Shown: positions 33,576 through 47,652, counted from the stretch's first letter. The stretch: DNA of 64,000 nt from Lingula anatina (GCA_051362555.1 CM120643.1:22014848-22078847); one strand, 5' to 3'. Made by a program: numbers and translations. The notes: a model not told the origin generated them from the sequence alone.

Positions 33576-35862
33576 CTCACCTTGCCTTATAATTGATGGG
33601 CAAAAACTGGCAATGGGAAAGCCTGACAATGCAGCGACCTTTGGTAGTTTGCCTGACACGTACGTAAGAGCAGTTCTGAAGGCAGATTCTAACTATCAGC
33701 AGATTGACTTGTGTTTGACAGATACAGGGAAGAAACAGTAAAAGGTGCTACTCGGACACGATTCACAAAGTCAGTGCTACCCATCAGACAAGACATCTGC
33801 ATTATCACCTTCCCTGTCCCTGAGAACTTAGGTGTAGAAACTTCATTTGTCATGTTAGCTTGCCTAGTTACGGAGATACAGAAGTAAAACGGTTTTTCAG
33901 TAATGGTGATCCTAATTTGCATATTTAGGAAAATTGTGTAAATCTAGTTCTTACAGAAACATCTTAATTATGTTCCTGAGACAGAGTGCCTTTAAAAAGG
34001 GTGATTTGCAAGCAGCCCATTCATACAGAAATAAAGTGCAAAGAATGTCTAGATATCTTAAATCTAAGTACTACCATAACAAAGTGGAAAATCTGAAAGC
34101 AACCAACCCCCGTTATTGGTGGAAACAGTCCAAGGAATTATGTGGCATGACAAATATGAATAATTCTCTAGAATCTAGCTGACAATGTGTGTGGAGGCAA
34201 CACACGGAGCTCACCAACAAAATCAATCTCTTCTTCAAGTCAGTCAGCGAAAGCCTCATTCCTCTAGATCCCAAACAAATCGATCTTCATGAGACTTTCA
34301 CCACATCCTACTTCACAATCAACCCCTTGGAAGTAGAAAACAACTTCTTAAGTTAAAGACTTCCAAAGCAATATGTCCAGACCAATTACCAACCTGGATT
34401 CTGAGAGATTTTGCTGGGTTCCTTTCTAACCCAATATGTGCAATTTTCAACAGCTCTATCCTTGAGGGACATGTTCCTGCAATCTGGAAATCAGCTGATG
34501 TGGTTCCACTACCTAAAGTGCCACAACCTAAGTCAATTGAATGTGACCTCATGCCTATATTTTTGACACCAATTCTCAGCAAGGTTCTAGAATCTTTCAT
34601 AGTAAAGTGGATTTGGGATTTTGAAATAATTGATAGAACGCAGTTCGGTGTTGTGCATGGCAGTTCCACAACATATGCCCTAGAAGAACTAATCCACTTA
34701 TGGATGAGCGGTCTTGAGCCTTCACATAAAAGCAAGTCATTCCTCAGGATCCTTTTCCTTGACTTCTCAAAGGCCTTTGACCTAATTGATCACAACATTC
34801 TCCTACGTAAACTTCACAACCAAGGTGTACCGGTACCTGATACCCTTGTCAGCTGGGTAAGGTCTTTCCTTTGTGGTCGCTCTCAAAGGGTCAAATACAA
34901 AAACGTACTCTCTAGCTGGCAGCACATTCACGGTGGCGTCCCTTAGGGAACATTGTTGGGTCCCTTATTATTCATTATCATGATAAACGACCTTAAGGCT
35001 AGCTGCCCAGACTACTAGTTCGTGGATGATACAACCGTGTTTGAGGTATGCGATTTTAATGCCTCTAGTAGATTACAACAGGCCGCAAATGAAATCACTG
35101 ACTGGAAATGAAAGAAACAATATGAGACTAAATGCCACCAAAACAAAAGCTATGACAGTAAACTTTACACAATCAGAGACAAAATGTCAATCAGTTAATA
35201 TTAGAGGAACTCATGTCAACGAAGTATCCCAGTTCAAACTGTTGGGTGTTTTTATCACTAACAATCTTAAATGGTCTGAACATGTTGATTTTATCTATAA
35301 ACAAGGCAGCAAAGCTGTCAAATGTACAGACAAAAAAAAAAGAAAATAAAGTTATAAAAAAAGGTCATTTTGTCAATTTTGATGCAATAATAAATAATGC
35401 TTATAATAGCACTGTCAGTCAACACTGAATTTTAATCATGCACAACAGGTAACATGGTCAATAACAGGAGCGGACCCTGAGATATTTTCTGACAGTATTC
35501 CAAAGTATCTAAGTTGATCCATCCTCCATTTTGATGGTCTTCCAACAGAAAAAAATAGATACCAGTCAATATAAACTTAATAACCTGTCTTCCAGAAGAC
35601 CCAGAAGATGGTCTCAATCCACCCCTTCAATAAGATTACAGTTTCAAGACCATGAGAGACCAAAGTCACATGTTGAAAGTCTCAATATTCGAAAAATGAT
35701 GACAGTGCATAAAATAATATTATATAATGTTTAAAGACATAAAAAACAATACAATTGCTTATGTGGAAATACAGAAAATGTGCAGAGCCTGCCTCGAGCG
35801 GATGCGAGTTAAAAGTCACAAATGCAAGTGTTTGAGAAAAAATTGTAAAGGAAAACAACAAA

Positions 35863-36097
35863 ACTAGAAAACCACCGAGAGTGCAGACCTCTGCCAAGGC
35901 AGCAATTGTTGATTATTATTGAGTATTGATTGATTATTGAGCCAGACCACCACTAAAAACTAATCATTGTCCTTTTTGGCCCAATTCTGACAGTTCCTGA
36001 AAATTTCAGCAAAATCGGTCCATAACTTTTTGAGTTATGTTGATGACAGACAAACAGGGGTGAAAATATAACCTCCTTGGCAGAGCCTGAGGTAAAT
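35863..36097 (-). mobile_element. Small HINE-type element nested in the large HINE (same nest at 61173-61407)
   Basis: CTCYGCCAAGG subTIRs, 3' hairpin and CTAGT end; same family as 42784-43017. Confidence 0.78.
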
Positions 36098-36137
36098 ATA
36101 ATTTCAATGAAGCTGCTATTCAAATTTTTAGTCTTTG

Positions 36138-36138
<1 letters not shown>

Positions 36139-36186
<48 letters not shown>
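36139..36186. repeat. (TA)n microsatellite (also 61450-61492)
   Basis: Direct reading. Confidence 0.97.
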
Positions 36187-36188
<2 letters not shown>

Positions 36189-37716
36189 ACCTGCATAATT
36201 ATCACTGCTTCCTTATTATTAATCTAGCAGAGAGCTTAACTTTTGGGAGTTTACAAGGAAATATCAACAAGTGTGCTTTATGTAATCTCCTTTAATGGCC
36301 TATCAATTAGGCAAATGACTTTATAACTCAGAAATTAGCTAAGTGATACCCAAGGGATATTAACAGACTGACCCTCTCAAAGGTCTTTCAGGCCCATAAG
36401 TCACATCTTAAGAAAAGCACAAAACAATAATGCACAAAATAGGAGACTACCAATTCTGATGCAATAATACATTATGTTTTACTGCACAGTCAACATCAAA
36501 TTTTAATTATGCACAACAGGTAACAACGACGAAAGTAAAAGCATAAGGCTTCAGGCCCATCAGAGTTCAAGTTTATACTTAGAAAGTGCCAGAATGAGAA
36601 AAATGAAAATTTCACACAAAATTGCATAAATTCAATAATAAATGATAACCCAATTGACCTGGCTTTCTAATTTGAACTGCATGCCAATCCTAAAAATCAT
36701 ACTTGTAAGTTAAAAATAATAATAAGTAACACAGTTTTCTTTTCATAATGTTTGCAGTAGCAATGCAAAAATAGTTGTCAATTTTGATGTAACATTACAT
36801 AATAAATTATAGATTAATTATCACCAATTTTTGATTATTGACAATAAATAGCATGGACATGTAGAAAATTTGATCACTTTTTTTAATTGGATCATTTTTA
36901 ATAATAGAATATTAGTAACATGAACATTCAGAAAACGTGACTTGCAAAGGTCTGCAGGCTCATGGAACTTCAAAGTCACACCTTGAAAATGCCAATATGT
37001 GAAAAATTAAATTTTCACAAAAAACTGTTTAACTGCCAGAAAAAATTACCAAACAGACTGCATTGCCTACTGAAGCTGTATTTTAGCCCTATGTTTCTTT
37101 CCTGTAAGTTTGAAAACAGTAAGTGACATGGTTTTTCTTAAATGGTCATCATGGGAGCAGTGCCCAAAATAGGGGTTTCTTCAAATTTTGATGCAATATT
37201 ACATAATGTTTAACAGCATAATGAACATCAATTTTTAATAATAAAATATTAGTATCATGGATATTCAGAAAATGTGACTAGCAAAGGTCTGCAGGCTCAT
37301 GGAACTTCAAAGTCACATCTTAAAAATGCCAAAATGTAAACAATGGGTTTATTTCCATTTTTAACTTTTTTTAACATAAAACAAAATAAACAGTTTGTTG
37401 CCATTTTTATATGACCAACTAAGAAAATTGATGAGATGGGAAAAATATCAATAGAACAGTGTTAAATGTCCAATTTCCTCCATTCTGAGATTTTGAACAT
37501 AGTGGATGATTGAATCTGACAAACTGCAATGATATGAGTTTATTTCCATTTTTGACACTATATTACACAATACACGATAACAAGTTTACCATCATTTTTA
37601 CATAATCAATTAACAATGTTGTAAAGATGCAGGAAATAACAAACAAACACTTTTACATATCTTATTAGTTAAATAATGAGACTGTTAACATACCTAAGAA
37701 TTGAATCTGAGGAAAT

Positions 37717-38340
37717 GTGAAAAAACAGCATAACTTCTAAAATAAAGGCCCGATTAAGCTGATTTTCGAACTCAACCTGCATTTTAGTTAGTTTGACTAC
37801 TCCTGTGAGTATAATGGCAATTGGCCTATCTGTTTTTCTTATATTGTGTTATCAGTGTTGCATATGTGTTGAAAAAAGTGAAAAAAACAGCATAACTTCC
37901 CTAAAAATGGCCCGATCATGCTGATTTTCGAACTTGACCTGCGGATTATAAATATTCATCAGTTTTTTTAAGTTTCAAGCCAAAAAGTAAAATGGTTTTC
38001 CACTTATCGTGTTATCGGTGCTGCATATATGCTGAAAAAAGTGAAAAAACAGCATAACTTCCCTAAAAATGGCCCGATCATGCTGATTTTCGAACTTGAC
38101 CTGCATATTATGAATATTCATCAGTTTTGAAAGTTTCAAGCCAAAAAGTAAAAAAGGTTTTTCACTTATCGTGTTATCGGTGTTATAAAAATGCTAAAAA
38201 AAGTGAAAAAAACAGCATAACTTCCCTAAAAATGGCCCAATCATGCTGATTTTCGATCTTGACCTGCGTATTATGAATATTCATCAGTTCTGTAAATTTG
38301 AATACAAAATGTAAAACGGTATTCCACTTATCGTGTTATC
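37717..38340. repeat. Satellite-like tandem array, about 162-bp monomer, about 4 copies, inside the HINE
   Basis: gtgaaaaaacagcataacttc starts at about 37717, 37878, 38041 and 38203. Confidence 0.92.
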
Positions 38341-40082
38341 GCTGACTGCACGGCGACGACGGCGACGACGGCGACGACAGACGCAGATGATGGCTATATG
38401 TACAGACACATCTATGTCTGTACATAAAAAGCATGCATACGATTGTTTTTTCTGCGCCAGCTTAAACGTGCTAAACTGTCCTCATTTGATCTTGTTCATG
38501 TATATCAGAGTTTAATTCGGACCGTGGTTGAATATGCTTGTCCTGTGTGGCACCCTGGATTAACTGGAGAACAATGTAAAATAATAGAATCCATCCAGTC
38601 AAGGGCACTTAGGATCATTTTCCCTAAATTAACTTATGTTGATGCTCTAGCCAAAGCAAAACCTATTAAAAGAGCGCAGAGTTGAACTCTGCAAATCTTT
38701 GCAAAAATACAAAATGACACAGACAAGCTGAATTAGAACTGAACGTTTTAAAAACACTTTTATTCCTTTCTCTTTATTAAACCATTAGTGGTCGAAGTTT
38801 TACTTTTGAAACTCATTTTGGCCTTTATTGTATTTAATTATCATTACTCCATCCTCTTTTACACTAACTTTCAGATGCTTGTGCAGAAATTTATTTTATT
38901 CATTTATTTTAATTTATCCTTTTTTTATCTCATTAAGTTCTATTCGCATATCCTATATTTTACCTGTATATCATTATTTTAATTTGTAAATTTTATTCTC
39001 GCTCCATTTTATGTATAACTTCAACCTTTTGGGTGCATGTTTTAATAAACTTATTTATATATATATTTACATAGACCCTGAAAACATAGGTAAAGACACT
39101 TCATTTGCCTTTTTCGTTATTTTGTGACCCGATCCGCCAAGTTCTTCAAGAGTGAGTCTGCCGCCTCTCATCTTTCGGATCTTTAACATTAACCAAGTAC
39201 AAGAGTATCAATTGCAAGTGATTGGGTAGGGTGTAGGCATTAAGAGAATGAATAATACTTGGGACGCAAGGATTTCCTGCGTTTTTTCTTTTTCAATTTA
39301 TGCTATGAAATATCACCCAATTTAGCGGGGTGGCTTAGCGAAAATATCGTGACACGGCGGATAAAAGCACCAAATTTGGCACGCAGTTACCTTTTGGCAT
39401 TCTAAATCAAATTAGAGCCGTAGCCCTCTGAAGCAATTTACCGTTTGGCCAAAAAACCCAAAATGGCCGCCAATTTATGGAATTCTATTGAAATTTATAC
39501 ATAGGCCCTACCTATGTTGATTTTTATCAAATAAAGTATTTTCTCAGTGTTTTCCACATCCTTATTACCTACATTATGCATATATGTCAGATAGCAAATG
39601 AGTTTCTGTGGACTTATAAAGAAATTCCAAGATGGCTGCCATGTGCCAAGTTTTTCAATATCAAATTAAGTCTGTTTCTGAGATTTTTCCACATCTTTGT
39701 TACCCACATAATATGTTTGTGGTGAGTACCTACATGTAGGAAGTGTTCTTGAGAAATTCCAAGATAGCTGCCACGTGCCACAGAAATATTAGTATACGGG
39801 GGTTCAACTAATGGCAACTGGAAAGATAAGTTTTCCAATATCAAATTAAGTCTGTTTCTGAGATTTTTCCACATCTTTGTTACTCACATAATATTATGTG
39901 GTGAGTAACTAGGAAGTGTTCTTGTGCAAATCCAAGAGAAAATCCAAGGTGGCCGCCATATACCACATGAATATTTCTAGTATTACAAAGGGTTGGAACT
40001 AATGCCAACTAGGAAAAACATACTCCACTATCAAAGTCAGTTTTTTTCAGTGTTTTACACATTATTATTACACTGTGATACA

Positions 40083-40258
40083 TACAGTGGTAGTAATAAT
40101 TATGTTTCCGTTGTGTACTGGTTAAAAATGTTTGAAATATTTTAATCCCTATCCTAAGAAGAGAAGGGGGTGGACAAACAATGGAGAGCCGTATAAATCC
40201 CTTCAAAATTCAAACGCAAAAACACAATAGCTTAGGTTTAATAACACAATAACTTAGA
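40083..40258 (+). repeat. Dispersed repeat beginning TACAGT (Tc1/mariner-like end); second copy at about 59035-59212
   Basis: taataattatgtttccgttgt...ggacaaacaatggagagccgt...cgcaaaaacacaatag shared between both sites. Confidence 0.75.
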
Positions 40259-41190
40259 CGAGTGAACCCCATGACGCCGGTATCTATGGTCCAGCGCGAG
40301 CGCAACGATCCGCTGTAACTAGTGTAATTAACAGCAGGAAACATCAGGCAGAAGGTCCCCCTTGTTTGTTGTGGCGATAGGATTATAGCCGTAAGAGGCT
40401 TGGACCCATGCTACCGTGTGTCACTAAACCTTCTCCCGTAGCGAACTGTTTGTTTGATTAGCATTCATAAGCGTCAGCATCAACCTGTTCAAAAAATTCT
40501 TATTGCATTAATTTATACATTTATAATTCATTGATAAACTTACTGCATTCAAGTATTATAAAATATGAATGATAATGAATGAGAAATAAGGAAAGAAGCA
40601 GCGAATAGCAATTTCAAAAAGGAACAATTTATGGCAAAAAAAAAATTGAGAGTAATATAAAAATGAGGCCGTGCATGAACGATTTTACAAATTAAAAATT
40701 CAAGAATTTAAACATGCTAGGTACATGATCAACACTTAATAAGGAATTTCACAAAAATCGCATCTAATTGTTTAGATTAACCTCTACTGTTATCGATCTC
40801 AACGCCTTGTCTGATCCACCTAAAAAGAAATATAGTGAACATAAGGAAAAGTATCACGTTTACATGTAGGCGAAGGAGGTATACCTCAATATTAATTGAG
40901 AACAATATCAACAGCGACTCAAGATCGTTGCCTGTCTTTCACACTTTTACACGAACAAATGAAGGTTTAATAAAAGGAGTCACGTCGCGATATCTATCTC
41001 TTTCCTTCGAACAAGCAAAGGGATTACCCAAAGTAAGCTTTCTAAACTAATTTCCTTTTTGTTTGAATATTGAAATTACTCCACTTGCTCGCCTCCATTG
41101 TCTTGTAAAAGAGACAAAGAATGTGTTTTCACACACGAGTTGAAAGAACTTTACATAACTTCTTTGCCTTGTTGCATAATGTCTTTGACC

Positions 41191-41398
41191 CCATTCCCAC
41201 AGATTTTAGATCGATCTATCCCTGTGGGGAGTCTCACTAGATTACTGTCAGCTTAGCCGGCTTAAGCGTCTGTCCCGCCTACTAATAGCTGTAAGGGGGT
41301 AATTAACTACCGTGCACGCTCGGCTGACATCAATTTAGCGTGAACCCCCAGGGAGTTAGGTCGATCTAGATGGATCGATTTAAATCTATGGGAACGCA
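41191..41398. mobile_element. Small decayed inverted-repeat element (MITE-like)
   Basis: ttcccacagattttagatcgatc versus gatcgatttaaatctatgggaa; no clean TSD. Confidence 0.55.
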
Positions 41399-42783
41399 CT
41401 CTTTATCAAGGTTATAGTCAGTGTGAAGAGGGTGTCTTGCCTCACTTAAAAAGGGAATTGTTCTTCATACTGGTTGTTGCTTACGTATGCTAACGTACTT
41501 TGTACAAATATGGTTTCAATAAATCGCCAAAATTATGACATTAATGAACATTGTGTATCAGACGTTTTGATACGATTTAAATAAGTGGATAAGAAGGATT
41601 ACGGTATGAGTTACTATTTACCTCTGGCGTTAACTTCACTCTGCTATATAAATGAACAAATGTTGCAGATCGTAACATAAAAAAACTTTATATAGTGTTT
41701 TATGACATATGATTAACATATTTGATAGTGAAGCACTCCTCGGCTTTAACGAATCACCTGATATTAAATATGCCCCCCCCCCTACGCCACCCGAAAAAAA
41801 TGCTTCTTTAAATTTCGAAATGAATTGTTTCTAAGGCAAAGAAGTCCAATTACCCTTTTACGACTCAGTCATTGTAAAGCATGTTGTAATCGATATTTTA
41901 AAAAGTTAATTTTTGTACTCCGCTTTTTAGTAATCATCGTGGTGCTTTCATCGGGGATACCTCAGGTTGAGGTTACAATTACGTCGCTAGCCTAATTCCA
42001 TATGTTTCTGGAGTATATTTAAGTACGCGTAAAGCTTTGTCACACATCATAGTTACTTAATTTTGTCTTGAATGAAAAATACCCTCATATTATCGTTTTG
42101 TGCTTAACCTTTCATAACTTGTACCACGGTTTGATATACAGTGTACTGTAGATACTATGACATTCCTCAAGCTGGGTCTGCTGGGCTTTAAATGATAAAC
42201 GAGGAAGTCTACCTGTAAAAGCAGCAGCAGCGGTTTAAATGATCGGAATCTCGGTTCCTTTTTCTTTGACAGCAACATAGAAAGCGTTTAGGGAGAAAGT
42301 CACACAAAGACCCGACGTTGTTTTGTCTTCAGCATTTCCTCCTCCTTGTCTACTGTAATTACTATCGTCAATTAATGAAATCGAGAAAGCAATTAAGTGA
42401 CGGCACATTGAATATAGTCACTAGGTGCATTTCGCTGTGTTTACAAGATCTAGCGACACATTTTATCGCCACGCGATCTAGTCTGATAAATCAGGGGATT
42501 TTTTTTTTTCTGAATCGGGGAATCAGGAGATATGTCCCTAAATTGGGAGATTCTCGAGGAGACCGGCAGTGTTGAAAGGTCTAAAGGATTTTGTCTGTAA
42601 AATGTGAAGGGTAGCTTAGATTATCATGCAATACCAAGCTAACAGAAGACTGCGATGTTATGAAGAACGAAAGCGTGCGCTTTGTGAAGATCAACTCTAA
42701 AGATCACTGTTTTTTCACTGACTTAATTTTCATACAAACTCACAAGAAATTATACTCAATTTCTCCGTACTGATCACACATTT

Positions 42784-43017
42784 ATTACATCCGCCAAGGA
42801 GGTTATGTTTTCACCCCTGTCTTTCTGTCTGTCTGTTTGTCATCAACATAACTCAAAAAGGTATGGACCGATTTTGATGAAATTTTCAGGGTAGGTCAGA
42901 AATGGATTATCTTAAAAGATATTAGTTTTGGGTGGTGATCCGGATTAAAAATCAATCAATAATAATAAAAAATTGCTGCCTTGGCGGAGGTCTGCGCTCT
43001 CGGAGTGCTTTTCTAGT
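42784..43017 (+). mobile_element. Small HINE-type element, complete
   Basis: TCCGCCAAGGagg 5' subTIR, (GTCT)n, CCTTGGCGGA 3' subTIR, hairpin gcgctctcggagtgc, CTAGT end, T-rich flanks. Confidence 0.8.
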
Positions 43018-46000
43018 TTGTTTTTGTTCTATTGTCTTTTGCGTGAGGTTCCATTTTCGGGTTCCATTCTTCCGTTCAAAACATCCTTATTGAGTAATTT
43101 CTAAAGCCTTATATTAGTTGTTCGTTTTCAATTGCATATATTATTTGAACTACTTATACCTGGATCTTATCCAAACGCAGTTGGCATATTTTATGCACGT
43201 GGTAGAAACATTGAATTTAATCGTGTAATGGACTCATCAGACACTTTCCCTCTATTGCCAACTTTAAAACAGTTGCTACTCTTGTTGCTTCTTAAGAAAA
43301 TTAAACTTGTAGTCAATAACTCCCTATCCTCATACTTTTTGATTCTCTAATCATGAAAAGCAAATAGTTTCACAGATTTAACTGCAGTTAGCTATAGTGT
43401 CACTACAAACATAATCCGCTGCATGCGCGAAGCTGTTGAACAAAATGTTAGTTCACTACGGGAGACCGTTTGTTTATATAAGTACTCTAAGGGGCTTGCC
43501 TACCCAGGCGACCAGGCTGGTCACTATATTCCGTCAACAATCGTTTAGCGACCCTATCATTATCACACTCTCTCTATTATATTTTCTATCGCTATATTCA
43601 GCGTGGTGCACGGGGTAATATACACAAACTTAATACTGAGACTGTATCTAGCAAGTGATAAATGTGCATATTTGATTATTTTAAGAAAATCCAAGATGGC
43701 CGTTATTGGCCATAGGAATACTATTACAATTGCACATCCATGGCACATCCAGGTCTACTACCTGGGTGAAATAGTGTTTATTACAAATTGTGTTTGCTTC
43801 TTAACTTTTGCCCATCCTTATTAGTCCGCTGATATACTGGTGTATCTGGTGGGTAAATAGTGTGCATACTTTGACATTCTGAGAAAATGATATCCAAGAT
43901 TGCTACAACTTGACATAGGAATACTAATTGGTGGGTTTCAATTGCTGCAAGAGAGACATATGGTTCATTATACAATTACATAACCATGGGTTTGTTTTAA
44001 AATATTTTTTATACAATTTATTATTACCCCTATGATGTATACCTGGTTTGTAGCATGTAAGCACCTTTGGGTATTCTGAAAAAAATTCAAGATGGCTGCC
44101 TTTTGTCATAAGAATATTCATACACATACTTCACATAATGCCAGAGATATACTGAGTACATTTTAAATGTAGTTTACTATAGATTGTTTTTAAATGTTTT
44201 CCTATCCTTTTTTCCCTTTTGAAAGACTCTGTGAGTGTAGAAAGTGTATGAATCCTTGAGTACTATTCGGAGAAAATCCAAGATAGCTGCCAGTTGACAA
44301 AATATCAAGATCAGCTCCTTGCCTTACGAGTACCTGAAAATTCCAATGTACCAGTTTTCCTATTGGAAAAGAAGGCCAACTTGGATTTCCACAAAATGAT
44401 AAAATATACTTATTTATTACCTAACAGATATGTATCATGGGATAATAATGATATGAAAAACACTGAAAAACATATTGTTATACCTGAATTTAGCTTCATT
44501 TTATATGGAAGCCTGTCTCTAGCAGGCATTAACTGAACCCCACCTCTAATGGCTAATGGCGGCCATTTTGTTTGTTTTGTTTTCAAAATATAAAGGAAAC
44601 ACATAACGTTCTCATCAGATACATATGTTATATGGATTAAAAGGATGTGGCAAATATTCAGAAATAAACCTAATTTATTAATTTTTTATTATATATCCCT
44701 GGCGGAAGAAGTCCCATGTTTATACTAGTATTCCTTTGACATGGCGGCCATCTTGGATTTCCTTGAAATGCCTAAGAATAAAGGTTAGTTACCACAAATA
44801 TATAAATTGAGTAATAAGGATGTGGAAAACAGTCAGAAACAAAATTAATAAGATAGTGGACAATGCATCTTCCTAGTTGGCATTAGTTGAAAACCCTTGA
44901 ACATGTATTACTATGCCCTACGGGGCCATCTTGGATTTTTCAAAAAATCCAAGGACACTCGTTTGTTATCTGACATATATGCAGAATATGGGTAATAAGG
45001 ATGTGGAAAACACTAGAATATACTTTATTTAATAAAAATCAACATAGTATGTATATATTTCTATATAATTTCATAAATTGCATTTTGGATTTTTAAAATT
45101 TTACAGAGGGTTCGGCTCTGGAACGATTAAGTATGTCAAAAGGTAAAGACATGCAAAATTTGGTGCTTTCATCCGCCTTGCCACGATTTGGCCATTTGTT
45201 TAACCCTTAGTTCATCCCCTCTAATTAGCTTTTTGATCTCGCGGATGAACCAAATAACCGGTAATTGGATTGCTTAACTTCAATTAACTAGTTCCTCAGG
45301 CCCAAACGTCATACTAGCAGGTTTCCAAGTGAAGACCGCAGAAAATTTTGGGAACGCGTTTGATAACGTCATAATGGATATGCATTCACAGATGCAGGAC
45401 CAGAACAGAGCATCTCAGAAACAATTTTGAGCCAAGAGGCAGAATTTGACCCGAGGACGAGAGTAAAGCCGTAGCATACCTGTATGCTGTTTTCATTTAC
45501 ATCAGGTGCCTGAAAGAAAGACTACAGGCACCCGTTTCACACATAATCTTAAATCCGTAGTTGACTAGCTCGAGCTGAATGACCTAGCTAGATCGACTAC
45601 GCTGCAGTCGACTAAGAGTGTTTCACAAAACATCTTAAGTCCTAGCTACACGGTAGGTGTGCTTACCGTAGTCGACGCGCACGAGAAACTTTTCAAGAGT
45701 AGGAGGTTTAAAATCCCTAAAGTTTCACAAGACATGGCGTTTCATGACCTCTTTCGGCCGAGAACGATCGTTTATCAACAATAAAAATCAGTCAAAAAAT
45801 AAACAAAGTTTGATTTTGAACTTTATTGATTAGTTTAACTTCAATACAACTTCAAATAACAGTAAAACATTAGCTTGTCTAGGAACACTAATGTCGGACG
45901 TCTAGCGGTCAAAACCATAAACAAACCCCCGATCGGCAGGGTGCAGTTGCATTTCATTTTTTTATTCAAATATTCAATAAACGTCAATGCTATGCAAGGA

Positions 46001-46242
46001 TATTATAACGCAATATCTTGAAGGAGGTATGTTCTTTCCAAATTTTTGTTGTTTATGCTCTCATTTACCGATTTTTAGTTGAGCTTGCTGACTTAAGGCC
46101 ACTTGTAGTAAAACGATCAAAGGCATAGAAACAATGCCCTGGACTTATACGTTTTTTTTTATAAAAAATTAAAACATGCTTCCCAAAAGGCCAATTAAAG
46201 ACAGAGATTAAGTGCAGTGTCCAACGGAAGACGCTGTAGCGC

Positions 46243-46288
<46 letters not shown>

Positions 46289-47380
46289 GGGGGGGGGCGT
46301 TTTCGGATTTGGGATTTTCTCTATAACCAAGATGGCTATTCAAGTGATTCAAACGGCCTCATAAAACTGGTTGAAAGCACTTTAATCGGGTACCAAGAAA
46401 TTGTCTTTCACTATTTACTTTTGATTTTATCGTCTTTTACATTAAATTACCCCATATTTCAATGGGTTATACACTTCAAAAGACGATAACTTTCAAACAA
46501 ACAATTTCCACCAACATACCTGGTATCGGACAATAGTCCACATTTTTAACAACAATAAGTGCACTTTTCGTAACTATAGATAGGGAGATATACCTGAAAC
46601 TGAAATACTTATCTCGTCATTCTGGAAAGCTGTTAAAACAGCCAAAAACGTTGGTTAACAGAGATTATTAGTCAAATTAGCTGAGAAATTTACCTGTTAT
46701 CGGTTATACGATCAGATGGAACTATTGCTCATTGTCATCTAAAAAAAAATGTTTGGGTGCTTTGAATTACCAGAAAATCGTGCTTTTGTTACATTTTCCG
46801 ACCACGCGTTAGACTTGTAAGCGTGCTGCCATTTTGATTGACAGCTCTGGAGAAGGCCCTAAATTAGTGATGCCGACTAGGGTGTCAAGGATATGTAGAA
46901 AGAAGCGCTAACAAAGGCGATTATGTGTAATCGCAATTAAGAGGTGCAAAGTTGCATTTGAACGTTTCTATGGGTCTACCTCGGCAATTGAGTAATTTTA
47001 CCTGGGAGATTCCTTCTCTGTTATCGGCAAAGTGATCAGATGAAACTACCTGTCGAGAGCAACTGGCCGTCACTTGTGTTAATACGAGTTTTTAACAGGT
47101 AACGCTGCAGGATTATTTTGCATGACAGTTAGTAATTGTCAGATCAACGGAAAAATCCAGTGATTACTTCAGAGCGGTATCTCTCGAAATGGCAGCTAAG
47201 ATACAGGGGAGACGCTCAGCTGCACAAGAAGCAGCGGTAAAAGTGGCTGAGAGAAGGCTTTTGAATAAAATGACAGAGTGTGGGTTAGTTTTGAAACCAC
47301 GAACGTGTTGATTGTAAAAAAAGTATCTATTCATATCTTTTGAAGCATGTAAAAGTTGCATCGGCATTTTACTGTGGATT

Positions 47381-47652
47381 CCCGCACGAAAATGCAGTAG
47401 TGTCGAAGTAGCAAAAAATCATTAACGCAGTAGTGGTGTGGAGCATATTTGCAGTAGAAATGCAGCATAGCCTACTGCAATTCTACTCCAAAAAGTACAT
47501 AGGTTTGTACAGAGAGGAGCATTAATGCAGTAGATTAGCAGCATGATAGAAGCATGTTTCAAATATGCTAATTAGCTCCCAAATCGAAGCATGTTTGCAG
47601 TATGATTGCAGTAGTCTACTGCGCTGGAGTATCTACTGCGTTTTCTTGCGGG
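47381..47652. mobile_element. 272-bp MITE, TIR CCCGCAMGAAAAYGCAGTAG, TT flanks
   Basis: 20-bp imperfect TIRs, internal gcagta subrepeats, TT on both sides (possible 2-bp TSD). Second copy at 14300. Confidence 0.82.

Larger units (their letters stand above)
35301..38426 (-). mobile_element. Helentron-associated non-autonomous element (HINE/DINE-like) with internal tandem arrays
   Basis: Minus strand: 5' subTIR ATGTACAGACA with adjacent inverted copy, (GTC/GCC)n microsatellite, tandem array, 3' subTIR TGTCTGTACAT, short hairpin GACAGCtttGCTGCC, TTGT. Inserted in a T-run with no TSD. Confidence 0.82.
33978..39070 (+). mobile_element. 5'-truncated, decayed CR1/L2-group LINE (RT), split by a 3.1-kb HINE at 35301-38426
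   Basis: VVPLPKVPQP...DLMPIFLT, LFLDFSKAFD, GGVP*GTLLGPLLF, FVDD, MRLNATKTK, KLLGV, then after the insert RLFFLRQLKR...VEYACPVWH...IQSRALRII. AATAAA at about 39044. Confidence 0.88.
39323..45223. mobile_element. Old non-autonomous DNA transposon with long diverged TIRs (Academ-like TAG...CTA), carrying nested inserts
   Basis: Left end TAGCGGGG...cggataaaagcaccaaattt is the inverted homologue of right end aaatttggtgctttcatccg...CCCCTCTA. ATT on both flanks (39320-39322, 45224-45226). caagatggcygcc subrepeats switch strand near 44500. Confidence 0.65.

Noticed and set aside
45900-46620. Possible Harbinger transposase remnant inside 45530-48851
   Set aside because: Only faint resemblance to short motifs; no catalytic residues could be placed.
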